Assembly: GCA_963668675.2 (NCBI GenBank)
Contig: CAXXMB010000002.1
Location: 2,720,001 to 2,784,000 of the forward strand
Direction: 5' to 3'
Source: an uncultured Desulfatitalea sp.
GTDB taxonomy: Bacteria; Desulfobacterota; Desulfobacteria; Desulfobacterales; Desulfosarcinaceae
Length of the DNA stretch: 64,000 nucleotides
The notes under the pieces are model-generated. The model worked only from the letters and a program-made list of their open reading frames with translations, was not told the origin of the DNA and ran no database searches. Below are positions 49,804-59,336 of this stretch, piece after piece. Within the stretch, counting starts at the first letter, position 1, and each line of letters begins with the position of its first letter. Made by a program: the position numbers and the translations under genes.

Positions 49804-51435
49804 CTACGGCGGGTCGAAGCCTGGTGCCTCGCCCTGATGTGCATCGGGGAGCGCCTCCGATGGCGTCGCGCTCCGACCCTTGGGTTTTAACTGAAGCCGT
49901 AAGCCTTTCCGCTTAGCCTCCTCTTCATAGCGTCCCTTTTCAATGCGCAGGGCATCCATGGGGGTCACCACAATGGCTGCCTGATGTTGCACCGGGCAGT
50001 AGTGTTCACAGTAACCGCACCCCGCACATTTATCCTCCAGGACATGGGGAACCGGCACCTGGTTGCCCTCCTCCTTCAAAAACGCTATGGCATCGTACGG
50101 GCACACCTCGTCACACACCATGCAGCTCTTTTGAAACTCCCAAGCCAGGCATTTGCGGCGATAGATGCGGGCCGTACCTGTTTTTGCCCAGATACGATCA
50201 GACGGGCTCGTCTGCCGTATGGCATCGGTGGGGCAGACGTTTGCGCATTCATGGCATGACGGGTCGCAAAATCCCCTGCGCGGTGTGAGGGCAGGGGAGA
50301 AGATGGCCAGGAATCCGGCCTTCAACCAGATGGGTTGAAGGGTGTTGGTCGGACAGGCCACCATGCACTCACCGCAGCGAACGCAACTGGAAAGAAACGC
50401 CATCTCCGGCAGCGCGCCGGGCGGTCGCAGGAGACCGGGCGTCCTCACCTGCCCCTCTCCCTGTTTTCCATATAAAGAGGTGAGGCCGGTCAGGGAGATT
50501 ACCGCAGTGCCTGCTCCGATAAGCCCGGCGGAGACCACCTGCCGCCGCTCAAGAGAGACACCTCCGGCGGGGAGTATGCCGGTGCGTTTTCGTATGTCGA
50601 AAGAGATGGCCTTTTCGGGGCACACCTCTTCGCAGGTCCGACAGACGATGCATTCGCTATGGTGGGTGGTTTCGGGTGCCGCCGGATCGATGGCCGACAT
50701 GGGGCATCTCCGTGCGCACTTGCCGCACTGGGTGCATTGATTGGATACCCTCCGGCGCACCAACGGGGCTCTGGAGACAAGTGCAAGCAGCGCGCCGGAC
50801 GGACAGAGATATCGGCACCAGAAGCGGGGAGAGAAGATCACCATAGCGATGATCGCAGCGAAAAAGAGAAGAATGAAAAACTGCGTGGCAAAGCGGATGG
50901 TCCTGATCTGGGCAAAGGTGATGGCGTTCATATTCATCCAGTCGCCCAGGGGCCTGGCCAGATCGAGCACCTCTCTCGAGACGAACGAAACCACCGGAAA
51001 GATGACCAGGCCATAGGCCCTGGTGATCAAGGAGAGCGGGGCGGCGAAGAAGACATAGGAGACGCCCACCAGGGCGGAACCTGTCAAAAAGATGAGCATC
51101 AGGTATTTGACGCCTGTCATGCGAGTCGAAGAGAAGAGCTTCTTTTTTTTGGGGCCGAAGAGGGCGTCCGTCCCATCGAGGGTGGTGCCCATGGGACAGA
51201 TGTAACCGCAGAAGACCCTTCCGATCAGCGGCCCCGATATCAGAACCAGGAGTGCCGGAACGAAGGCGAGCAGTACAGTTCTGCCGCTGATGGCGCTGAG
51301 CAGCACCAGACTCGGATCCATCAGGAGAAAGAGATCCAGGGAGGCCATGGAGATTCCGGAGATGGAAGCCGCCGTCAACAGGAGTAGAAAGAGAGCGAGG
51401 AAGAGGAGTTGGACGGACAGCCGGAATCGGGTCAT
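49804..51435 (-). CDS. Membrane polyferredoxin (NapH/MauN-like plus NapG/MauM-like fusion)
   Basis: GRVFCGYICPMG, RFWCRYLCP.G, LRPPGA and multiple CxxCxxCxxxCP motifs. Confidence 0.92.
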   Translation of the reverse strand: MTRFRLSVQLLFLALFLLLLTAASISGISMASLDLFLLMDPSLVLLSAISGRTVLLAFVPALLVLISGPLIGRVFCGYICPMGTTLDGTDALFGPKKKKLFSSTRMTGVKYLMLIFLTGSALVGVSYVFFAAPLSLITRAYGLVIFPVVSFVSREVLDLARPLGDWMNMNAITFAQIRTIRFATQFFILLFFAAIIAMVIFSPRFWCRYLCPSGALLALVSRAPLVRRRVSNQCTQCGKCARRCPMSAIDPAAPETTHHSECIVCRTCEEVCPEKAISFDIRKRTGILPAGGVSLERRQVVSAGLIGAGTAVISLTGLTSLYGKQGEGQVRTPGLLRPPGALPEMAFLSSCVRCGECMVACPTNTLQPIWLKAGFLAIFSPALTPRRGFCDPSCHECANVCPTDAIRQTSPSDRIWAKTGTARIYRRKCLAWEFQKSCMVCDEVCPYDAIAFLKEEGNQVPVPHVLEDKCAGCGYCEHYCPVQHQAAIVVTPMDALRIEKGRYEEEAKRKGLRLQLKPKGRSATPSEALPDAHQGEAPGFDPP

Positions 51436-52361
51436 AGCGCAACCGTTTTTATCGAAAGGTTGTCAAGGTCTGCGCGACCGAGCCCCCGCTCATGGGCCAG
51501 CCGTATATGACGCACACGGTCGGGTTTGAATCGTTTGCCGTACCACTCGAACGATGCCACCGCATAGGCATCCGCCGCGACCATATCCCTCGACGCGATG
51601 ACGGTATCTTGCTTGATCACCTTGCCCGGTCCGCCGGGCCCGCCGGTGCTGAGCACCCGCGTGGCATCAATCACCGTCAGATCGGCTTTCAGCAGGCCAG
51701 CCAGGTCCACGATGGTTTCATGGAGGTCCATGCGGTGCATGATACCACGGTCGTAGATCAACCCCATCATCCCCTTCATGGAGAGGCTGACACCCGTGGC
51801 CGAGTGGGATTTGGCAACCGGCACGGCGATGAGCACATCCGCTTTGAGCGCCTCCTTTACCACATCGGTTTTGGTGAGGTTTTTCGCTTTGGCGATGCTG
51901 ACCGGCGTGTAGAGATAGGCGTCGTTGATGGGATGCACCATGTTCTTCTCGATGGCCTCGCATGCCGGTCCGATACCGGACGTTTGAACAGCCGCCTTCC
52001 CCGAAGAGAGCGTATGGTCCAGAATACTAATTTTGGAGGCGCCGGCCTCCTTGCACATGGCCGCTATGGTCTTGACCACGTCAGGGTGGGTGTTGGAGGC
52101 CTGTCCCGGCGATCTGGCAAAACTCATATTGGGCTTGATCAATACGCGGTGGCCCGCTTTGACCACGCTCTGAATGCCGCCGATCAGATCGACCGCCGCC
52201 CTGGTGGCGGCCTCGGGTTTTCCGATGGCAACACCGATGTCGGGTGCCGCCGAGGCAATGCCGATCTTCGGCAAATAGAGTCCACTGGTGACGGCGGCCA
52301 AAAAGAGGCCGTATCTGCCCTGGAGCTTGATGAAATCCCTTCGGCTGTATTTTCTCTTCAT
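51432..52361 (-). CDS. DUF362 domain protein with Tat signal
   Basis: SRRDFIK, VLIKPN, NTHP, P.AKSH...SLSMK.MMG and D.VA.D. Confidence 0.9.
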   Translation of the reverse strand: MKRKYSRRDFIKLQGRYGLFLAAVTSGLYLPKIGIASAAPDIGVAIGKPEAATRAAVDLIGGIQSVVKAGHRVLIKPNMSFARSPGQASNTHPDVVKTIAAMCKEAGASKISILDHTLSSGKAAVQTSGIGPACEAIEKNMVHPINDAYLYTPVSIAKAKNLTKTDVVKEALKADVLIAVPVAKSHSATGVSLSMKGMMGLIYDRGIMHRMDLHETIVDLAGLLKADLTVIDATRVLSTGGPGGPGKVIKQDTVIASRDMVAADAYAVASFEWYGKRFKPDRVRHIRLAHERGLGRADLDNLSIKTVAL

Positions 52362-52384
52362 GGGTTTACTCCTATTTCGTCCAC

Positions 52385-52909
52385 CTATCGTTCGCCGATG
52401 GTGGCAATTTGGTCCGAGATCTCTTTGGCGCAGGCGAGGAGCTCTCTTTTGGCCTCTTCGGTCTCTCGGGAGATGCTGGCCCGTACAAAGAACCTCCCCT
52501 GGGTGAATTCGAGCATATAGCTCCCGCCCATCTCCGCAGTCGATCTCGCCCTGGCGCCCAACTCCCGGACAGGAGCGGACGTATCGGATGCAAATTCATT
52601 AAAAATCTTTTCCGAATCGCCCCTGGAAACAGTTTCATAGATTTCAAGCATCATGTAAACCCGTTTTTTTTCATAATTGACGAAAGCGGCTCTCTGCGTC
52701 CCGAGGGCGACGTAACGCCCGGCAGCCCCGTTGATCACCATGGAGAGGGTATCCTCGTCAAATGCGATGAGCGGGGCCTCCTCAACCTGCCATCCCATTT
52801 TTACCGGTGATTTTGGGATCACCCGCTCCAGGGCGGATTGGTCGCAGGGCAGCGGTTGGACCGTAACGATGAGCAGAAGGGCCGACAGGATTACATCCAA
52901 CCATTTCAT
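52385..52909 (-). CDS. Exported protein (DUF6599-like)
   Basis: Signal peptide and F..DTL...INGAA..Y...G...LEIYE...F.QGRFFVR. Lies upstream of the DUF362 gene. Confidence 0.7.
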   Translation of the reverse strand: MKWLDVILSALLLIVTVQPLPCDQSALERVIPKSPVKMGWQVEEAPLIAFDEDTLSMVINGAAGRYVALGTQRAAFVNYEKKRVYMMLEIYETVSRGDSEKIFNEFASDTSAPVRELGARARSTAEMGGSYMLEFTQGRFFVRASISRETEEAKRELLACAKEISDQIATIGER

Positions 52910-53152
52910 GGTTTGTCTCCTTTACGCGATAACCGACCTAACCGTATCAATTTTTTTGGGATTGCATGTACCAAGGCCCAACCCTTGTGCCGTCTTTACA
53001 TGGATGGCCATGTCGGTGACAGGGGCCAGGTTATTGTCTCTTCGCATTCGGAACAGCGGTGGGCCAGGTTCGCGCTTGCAATATCAAGCCAGGTTGTTAC
53101 ATTTACTGATCTGATTCATTGTGATCAATAGCTTCGAAGGGTACGCCGCCAA

Positions 53153-53740
53153 ATGGGAAAGCCACCAAAATTAGACGCCGAAGCCTGGGTGGATCAATAC
53201 GGTGACGCGCTTTTCCGTTTTGCCGTGGCCAGGATCAAGAACAGGGATATTGCGGAAGATCTGGTTCAGGAGGCGTTTCTGGCGGCGGTTAAATCCAAGG
53301 CGCGGTTTCAGGGGAAATCTTCTGAAAAGACCTGGCTGTTCGGTATCCTGAAGCATAAAATCATCGATTATTACCGAAAGAGTAAAACGATGATCCATGT
53401 CCAGGACTACACCGATGATCCGGACAGCATGGATGCCTTCTTCAACACCAAGAGGGGATGGGACGCCCCACCGAGCCATTGGAGCAGCAATCCCGGCAAG
53501 GCATATGACACCAGAGAGTTCCTGGACCACTTCTACCACTGCCTTTCGGGGTTGCCCAATCGAACAGCCGAGGCTTTTGCCCACCGTGAGATCGACGGCT
53601 TGACCACAGGCGAGATATGCAGACGTCTCGACATCACCGAATCCAACTGCTGGGTGATCCTTTACAGGGCCAGGATGTTGTTGCGAAAGTGTCTTGAAAT
53701 GGTAGGATATCAACCGCCATCGAAAGCGGCTGCACGATGA
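53153..53740 (+). CDS. ECF sigma factor
   Basis: AEDLVQEAFL, TWLFGILKHKIID and EIC..L.ITESN.WV.LYRAR..LR.CL. Confidence 0.93.
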   Translation: MGKPPKLDAEAWVDQYGDALFRFAVARIKNRDIAEDLVQEAFLAAVKSKARFQGKSSEKTWLFGILKHKIIDYYRKSKTMIHVQDYTDDPDSMDAFFNTKRGWDAPPSHWSSNPGKAYDTREFLDHFYHCLSGLPNRTAEAFAHREIDGLTTGEICRRLDITESNCWVILYRARMLLRKCLEMVGYQPPSKAAAR

Positions 53741-54000
53741 ACCGCTGGATGTTTCACTGTAGGGATGTTTCAGAAAGAGTATCCCAGTCGATGGACAGAA
53801 CCCTTCCGATCCATCATCGCATGGCGATCCGCTTGCATTTGATGATGTGCCGGCACTGCGCACGTTTCAGGCGGCAACTGCTCATGCTCAGAGAGATGGC
53901 CGGACACATGGAGCGCCACCAGCTCTCTGGCGAAGTGGATGAAACGCTATCCGATGTCGCAAAGTCGCGAATCAAGGAGGCGTTGCGGTCTGTGTCGTGA
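53737..54000 (+). CDS. Soluble zf-HC2 (ZAS) anti-sigma factor
   Basis: C...HLMMCRHC (HxxxCxxC), ATGA overlap with the sigma gene, no TM segment. Confidence 0.9.
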   Translation: MNRWMFHCRDVSERVSQSMDRTLPIHHRMAIRLHLMMCRHCARFRRQLLMLREMAGHMERHQLSGEVDETLSDVAKSRIKEALRSVS

Positions 54001-54114
54001 TGTTATCTCCCTGATTCATCAACCAGGCCGCTGCCAGTCACTGCAACAACCATAAGCTGCATCGAATGTCAGCAGGGATAAACCAAGCGTGCAAAACAAT
54101 AGGGGGATGGGGAT

Positions 54115-55545
54115 ATGACACAACTGATGACGCGGCGTCTGGGCCGCACCGAGCGTATGGTGACCACCCTTGGATTGGGCGGGCAGGCATCCTTGCAATG
54201 GACTGCCGAAGGCATCGATCCCGTGGCCATTATCGAAAAAGCGATCCATCTTGGCGTCAACTATCTGGACACTTCAAATATATACGGTCCGAGCCAGCAA
54301 AACTACGGCCATGCCTTTCGAAAGACGGGTGTGTCTCCTTCTGCAGGCAACTATGATCCCCAGGCACGTGCAAATCTGTTTGTGGCCGGCAAGACCCACA
54401 TGCGCACCGCCCGCTGCCCGGATGGCGAACGCTTTGCCACCAATTGGAGTGATGGCATGTCCGATGGATTTGGCGTGACCACCTCCGTCGATGATGTGCG
54501 CCGCGCCTTGAGCCTGATGTTTGGGGACGGCAAGGGGGCCTACCCCGAAGATGCCTATCTGGACAGTATTCAGTTCCACAACATCAATACGATGGAAGAG
54601 ATCGAGATGCTCTTTGAAGGTTTTGACGATCCCAGCCCGACACGCCCCTGGATGGGATCTCTGGCCGCCATGCTGGACTTGCGGGAGGGCACCAACCGAA
54701 CCGGCTGCAACCCCACTAGGGAAAAACTGGTGCGGCACATCGGCATCAGCGGCCATTGGAACTCCGCGGCGCTGATGTACGCCATTCAGCGGGATGCCCA
54801 CCGCTTGATCGATACCCTGCTTGTTACCGTCAATCCCAGCGACAAAAAGTACATGGGCCACCGGCACAACGCCATTGCCGCTGCCGATGCCGCCGACATG
54901 GGCATCATAGGGATGAAGGTCTTCGCCGATGCCGCCTATTACCATAAGGCGCCCGCCTTTTCGAATGCCGTCGAAGATGTCTACCATCAAGTGGGATCGA
55001 AGGACTTGCCCAGCCGGGATCTGATCCGCTACGCCTTGTCCGTGCCGGGCGTCAGCACCCTCATCATCGGCATCGGCCACGTGGACGATGACCCTGACAA
55101 ATGCCAGCTGACCGACAACCTATCGGCCGCTCAGATCGAGGCCCCATTGAACGAAGAGGAGATGGCGGCCATAGAGGCGCGCGTCAGCGCCGCTGGCAAG
55201 GATGGGGCCAACGCCTATTTTCAGCGTCCGGCCATAGGGCTCACGCCACCGCGTAATCCGGGAGCCGAGGCAGACTCCTCAATGCCCGCTTTCGGACGCA
55301 AGGCGGTGCGGGTGAGCTGGGATAGCGCCTATGCAGGCGCCTCGGCCATCGATCACTATGTGGTCCTGCGAGACCGGCAGGAGGTGGCCCGGGTTGCCCA
55401 CCATCCCCAGATCAGCCCCAAGCGGTTCCGTTTCGACGATGTTTTGGAGGGCGACTTGGCAGCCGAAGCCCACAGCTACGTCATCCGGTCTGTCGACAAG
55501 GCGGGCAACAGTGCCGATTGTCAGGATTTGACGACCTCCCCGTGA
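54115..55545 (+). CDS. Aldo/keto reductase with C-terminal FN3-like domain
   Basis: RRLGRT, GVNYLDTSNIYG, HIGISGH and IGMKVF. C-terminal VRVSWD...IDHYVV.RD...Y.IRSVDKAGN. Confidence 0.85.
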   Translation: MTQLMTRRLGRTERMVTTLGLGGQASLQWTAEGIDPVAIIEKAIHLGVNYLDTSNIYGPSQQNYGHAFRKTGVSPSAGNYDPQARANLFVAGKTHMRTARCPDGERFATNWSDGMSDGFGVTTSVDDVRRALSLMFGDGKGAYPEDAYLDSIQFHNINTMEEIEMLFEGFDDPSPTRPWMGSLAAMLDLREGTNRTGCNPTREKLVRHIGISGHWNSAALMYAIQRDAHRLIDTLLVTVNPSDKKYMGHRHNAIAAADAADMGIIGMKVFADAAYYHKAPAFSNAVEDVYHQVGSKDLPSRDLIRYALSVPGVSTLIIGIGHVDDDPDKCQLTDNLSAAQIEAPLNEEEMAAIEARVSAAGKDGANAYFQRPAIGLTPPRNPGAEADSSMPAFGRKAVRVSWDSAYAGASAIDHYVVLRDRQEVARVAHHPQISPKRFRFDDVLEGDLAAEAHSYVIRSVDKAGNSADCQDLTTSP

Positions 55546-55613
55546 GACGGTTCAGTCGGTTCTATTCGGGCCATTTTTGCCGGTGCAGCCCCTGAGGTTG
55601 GCCTCCGGAGGGA

Positions 55614-55985
55614 TTACTCTATCCAACTGAGCAGCACCGTCCCGAAGATGATGCCGATGATGCCAAACAGCCGATGCGTCTGTTCGGAAACTTGATCAAA
55701 GTACCAGTCCAGTATCCGGGTGTAGAGCTCCTGCGGGTTGGTGTAGGCCAAAACCGCTTCGCCAAAGGCCACAAGACCGACCAGCCTCAACACCCATGGA
55801 TAGGTGGTGACCGAAGCGCACAGGAAGAAGAGGAGTCCAATAACCGCGGCGACGGCCGAGAGATAATTGAGGGGGTATTTCCGGGTCAGGCCTTTGAGCG
55901 TATCGACGGTGGCCGTGGTGTAGAGGATGAGACAGGAACATATCGCGATGTACCCAAAACCAAGCAGGTAGGCGATCACTTTCAT
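55614..55985 (-). CDS. Small membrane protein (DUF2065-like)
   Basis: Four hydrophobic segments, R.FGII.IIFG and a GGAGG RBS. Confidence 0.72.
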   Translation of the reverse strand: MKVIAYLLGFGYIAICSCLILYTTATVDTLKGLTRKYPLNYLSAVAAVIGLLFFLCASVTTYPWVLRLVGLVAFGEAVLAYTNPQELYTRILDWYFDQVSEQTHRLFGIIGIIFGTVLLSWIE

Positions 55986-56169
55986 GGTTTCCTCCGACTG
56001 TTTTGGTGTGTGTCAATGGGACGGGTCTGCCGAGAGATTTTTTAATAGCAGACATATCAATAAAAGCAAGCCCGGGGATATAGAAAAACGGGTGATATGC
56101 AGGAAGGGGGAAGGCAGGTCACCAGACCGGGGTTGCCTCCCATAAGGTATGCCCCATCTGGCATAGCGC

Positions 56170-56331
56170 CTACTCCTGATACTCCAAGGCCCCGATATCA
56201 GGCCTTCCAACAATCCGATTGCCGTAAAAATCTGAGTTTCTGCCGGAGACGATCATTCCGTTGTTTTTTGCCGCACTTTGGGAGTGGATGCGGAAGTCGT
56301 CATACGCGGCATCCATGAAACGAGGGTTCTG
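56170..56331 (-). pseudogene. C-terminal remnant of a beta-helix (choice-of-anchor-Q-like) protein
   Basis: QNPRFMDAAYDDFRIHSQSAAKNNG...DFYGNRIVGRPDIGALEYQE* parallels the tail of 30382-31881. The upstream frame is not protein-like. Confidence 0.65.
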
Positions 56332-56622
56332 GGGAGAGGGCTCTCTGCTTCCCGTCCGGTTTCGTTGTGGTGGTCTTCCCGATCTGCCATGCGATAACTC
56401 TGGTTTGAGATGTAGTGAATCACCTGATCGGGATCGTCCTGGAAGTAGAGAAGGAAGGGTGCTCATGGCATCCTGGGAGGAGAGCATCATTTTTGTATTT
56501 GCTGAGAGAAAGAGTGCAAAATTTTCACATCGAGCCCGGGAAATGGTTCGCATCCGCTTCAGTGTCATTACTTAAAACCATAAGAAATTTTTAGTAATGC
56601 AATAAAATATTAATTTTCCCTA

Positions 56623-56650
56623 TTGACATGACGAAATTGCATTTTAATTT
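56623..56650 (+). promoter_or_regulatory. sigma70-type promoter for the hsp20 pair
   Basis: TTGACA-N16-TAATTT in an AT-rich region. Confidence 0.5.
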
Positions 56651-56704
56651 CTTGCCAAATAGAGCCAAAACCGAATGGGCCAATATTTAAAAGGAGGTGT
56701 TACA

Positions 56705-57163
56705 ATGATTTACCGCAGAATTTACAATACCCCGTCTGTGAGCTTTCGTAACGCTTTCGAACAGCTTGACAGAATGAATCGTCAGTTTGAACAGCTTTTT
56801 GGTGAGGATCCCAGAGGCGGTCGCGGCCTGCTTGGAGCTGGCGTTTTTCCCCAAATCAATCTGACCGAAGACGCAGACAAGTTTTATGTCAGAGCTGAGC
56901 TGCCGGGCGTGAAGACCGATGACATCGAGATGCAGGCCACTTCGAAAAATCTCTCCATTTCAGGCGAACGAAAGATCGAAGCGGAAGGGGAAGGGGTGCG
57001 CTACCACCGCCGTGAACGTGAAGCTGGTAAGTTTTCCAGAATTATTGCCATGCCGACTGAGATTGATCCGGACCGCATCGAGGCAAGAATGCAAGACGGT
57101 ATTTTGACCATTCACATTCCGAAAGCGGATGCGGTCAAACCGCGCCAGATTACCATCAATTAA
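56705..57163 (+). CDS. Hsp20/alpha-crystallin small heat shock protein
   Basis: FPQINL.E, RAELPGV, RRER..GKFSR and A...DGILTI.IPK. AGGAGG RBS. Confidence 0.95.
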   Translation: MIYRRIYNTPSVSFRNAFEQLDRMNRQFEQLFGEDPRGGRGLLGAGVFPQINLTEDADKFYVRAELPGVKTDDIEMQATSKNLSISGERKIEAEGEGVRYHRREREAGKFSRIIAMPTEIDPDRIEARMQDGILTIHIPKADAVKPRQITIN

Positions 57164-57190
57164 CAGACGTGATGACCAGGAGGTGATGTC

Positions 57191-57601
57191 ATGTTTGGTA
57201 AAGACTCAAAAGAACTCAAGGTAAGAGAGAAGCAAGAGGTAAGCGCCACAGCAGAACAGACCAAGCCAGGACTGCTCTTTACGCCTTCGGTTGATATTTT
57301 CGAAAATGACAGTTCACTTGTTTTGCTCGCAGATATGCCAGGGGTGAACGCCAAAGCCCTTAACATTGATTTGCGGGACAACACTCTTACCATCGAAGGT
57401 GAGGTGGCGCCTTTCGAGGGGGCAAATGAGAAAGACATTCTAATCGAATATGAGGTGGGTAAGTACTACCGGCAGTTTTCCCTTTCAGAAGTGATTGACC
57501 AGGAGAAAATCGATGCCCAATTGAAAGATGGTGTGTTGCGACTCACCCTGCCAAAGGTGGAGAAGGCTGCACCGCGAACCATTGCCGTCCAAGCTGGTTA
57601 A
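57191..57601 (+). CDS. Hsp20/alpha-crystallin small heat shock protein
   Basis: P.VDIFE, ADMPGV, Y.RQF.L and LKDGVL.LTLPK. Confidence 0.95.
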   Translation: MFGKDSKELKVREKQEVSATAEQTKPGLLFTPSVDIFENDSSLVLLADMPGVNAKALNIDLRDNTLTIEGEVAPFEGANEKDILIEYEVGKYYRQFSLSEVIDQEKIDAQLKDGVLRLTLPKVEKAAPRTIAVQAG

Positions 57602-57859
57602 CCGGTTCAGGACCGGTCTCTGAAAAGGTATCTTGCTCAGGACCGGTCCGAACAGCCATAGATTTATCTGCGAACGCCGGTTGTTGGCTGCATGATATCA
57701 TAATCTATCAAAAATGGGTTGGTCTCGTAGTGAATACAGTGGTCGCTCGGGGGGCAAACCATGAAGGAAAATTACTATATGAAAGCTGAAATGAGACGCA
57801 CCCTTAATCTCGGCCAATAGATATCACGAAAAACAGGCTTGAGCTTGGTAAGGCCTGAC

Positions 57860-58660
57860 TCATCTTCCGTATAAATACTTTCCGATCCGCGTTACGCGTT
57901 CCATCTCCTCTTCGGTCAGCGGGCCCTGCTCCAGTATGTTAAGGTTCTCCCCCATCTGTTCCATGGTTTTAGCGCCCATCATGCATATATCCACGGCCGG
58001 ATGGGAGAGCACGAAACGGTAGCATTCGGCGGCGGTGAGGGGTGGGGTGCCGGGGGGCATTTTTTTGGGGTTGAGCAGTTTGCGCCAGTCGGTAGCGGTG
58101 AAACTGACGATGCCGGGACGGTTCGGGGTGTCGAGCAGTTGGGGAAAGGTTTCGGTCTCGGCACCCCGGTGGGCGGCGTTGTACCGCACGTGGAAAAGAT
58201 CGAACAGATCCTCCCCGGCCAGTTGGGCAAACAGCTTGCGGTTGTGGCTGGTCAGTCCTATCGAACGGACCAAGCCCTTCTCCTTGAGTGCCAGGGCGCC
58301 ATCGATGACGCTCTGGGAGGGGCGTTTGGGGAAGTATCCGAGCACCAGGACGTCGGCGTAGTCGAGGTGTGCGGCGTGAAGTCCTTTGGTGAAAAAGTGT
58401 TCGCTGAGCCAGCGGTTGTGGGCGTAGGTGAGCATGGCCACCACCAGTCGGTCACGCTTCCCCGCCCTGGCGATGTTGCGGATGGCGCTGCCCATGGGTC
58501 TGGAGCGGCCTCTGATAAAAGTGCCCCAGGTGAAGTAGTTGCAGCCGCGTTCGAAGGCCTGTTCGTAAGCGGCGGCCGGTGCACCGAAACTCGATGAGAT
58601 ACCCAGACGGCCGACCTCGAGGCCGGAGCGGCCGAGGATGGTTTTTAGGGTAAAGGTCAT
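57860..58660 (-). CDS. Aldo/keto reductase-like protein (atypical catalytic region)
   Basis: LGRSGLEV, G.VRSIGLTSH, RYNAAHRGAE and CYRFVLSHP.V. The usual FDTA..Y is replaced by YFTWG. Confidence 0.82.
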   Translation of the reverse strand: MTFTLKTILGRSGLEVGRLGISSSFGAPAAAYEQAFERGCNYFTWGTFIRGRSRPMGSAIRNIARAGKRDRLVVAMLTYAHNRWLSEHFFTKGLHAAHLDYADVLVLGYFPKRPSQSVIDGALALKEKGLVRSIGLTSHNRKLFAQLAGEDLFDLFHVRYNAAHRGAETETFPQLLDTPNRPGIVSFTATDWRKLLNPKKMPPGTPPLTAAECYRFVLSHPAVDICMMGAKTMEQMGENLNILEQGPLTEEEMERVTRIGKYLYGR

Positions 58661-58886
58661 GGGGGCTCCGCATTTGGTTGGTTGGCTGATCAATCCATCC
58701 ATTCGAGAATACACCCAATGCGCTAAAAAGGCCAACAGACAAATCGTGGTTCCCCTGCGATTGGCATGCATCATGCCGTAGTATCGGCGTACCCGTTACC
58801 ATTGGCAGTGTGTTATCAGGTTGCTTCGTATTTTTGCCAAATCGGATCCTATTCCCGCCCCCAATTGCCTTTGGTTGGCCAAGCCA

Positions 58887-59222
58887 CTAACAACCACAGC
58901 AAACGTTATTCTGGGGAAAGCCGGCGGCCAGGTGATAATCGGATTCCGGATCACGTCCGGGGTGATGAAGGTTGGCCTGCTTCATTTCCAGTTTAACATT
59001 GGCACATTCAGCCTTCGCGCCGGCCGGGTCCAACGGGATGCCCGATGCGTCAAAACCCAGATCGTGAAGAAGGTGTTCGCCCAGTTTCAACATCTCCCGG
59101 CGAGCCGTCCGGGCTGCCCTTTTTGCTTTGAATGCGTCGATGGCGCCTTTAAGCCCGGCTGCCAAGGTGTGTGGGAGATACTCCTCTTTTTGGTGCAACA
59201 GTTTGATCGTGTCTCTTCTCAT
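58887..59222 (-). CDS. DUF1127-like protein with Cys-rich tail
   Basis: RTARREMLKLGEHLLHDLG matches the DUF1127 core. GGAGG RBS; divergent from LysR; ends VCCGC. Confidence 0.7.
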   Translation of the reverse strand: MRRDTIKLLHQKEEYLPHTLAAGLKGAIDAFKAKRAARTARREMLKLGEHLLHDLGFDASGIPLDPAGAKAECANVKLEMKQANLHHPGRDPESDYHLAAGFPQNNVCCGC

Positions 59223-59269
59223 TTGGTCACCTCCGTGTTGACTTTGAGAAAAAGATAAACCATGGTAAG

Positions 59270-59317
59270 ACATAAGGGAAATGAATAGATTTGATATAAA
59301 ACATAAGTTATATTGAT
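59270..59317. promoter_or_regulatory. LysR-type binding region (T-N11-A boxes)
   Basis: ATAAGGGAAATGAAT and ATAAGTTATATTGAT; ACATAAG is repeated 31 bp apart in the divergent spacer. Confidence 0.5.
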
Positions 59318-59336
59318 GTTGTTGCGGAGGACCTTT

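Noticed and set aside
56493..56520. CIRCE element upstream of hsp20
   Set aside because: Only a right half-site (GAGTGCAAA) is present; no TTAGCACTC-like left arm at 9-bp spacing.
57607..57648. Direct repeat TCAGGACCGGTC x2
   Set aside because: Only two copies of a palindromic core, best explained as a hairpin after the hsp20 genes.
57750..57820. c-di-GMP-I riboswitch-like words (GGGCAAACC...GACGCA)
   Set aside because: The spacing and stems do not fit, and no gene lies downstream on that strand.
58761..58779. GG-N10-GC motif on both strands (GGCATGCATCATGCC)
   Set aside because: It arises from a short palindrome with a poor -12 element; it cannot be distinguished from chance or from an operator.
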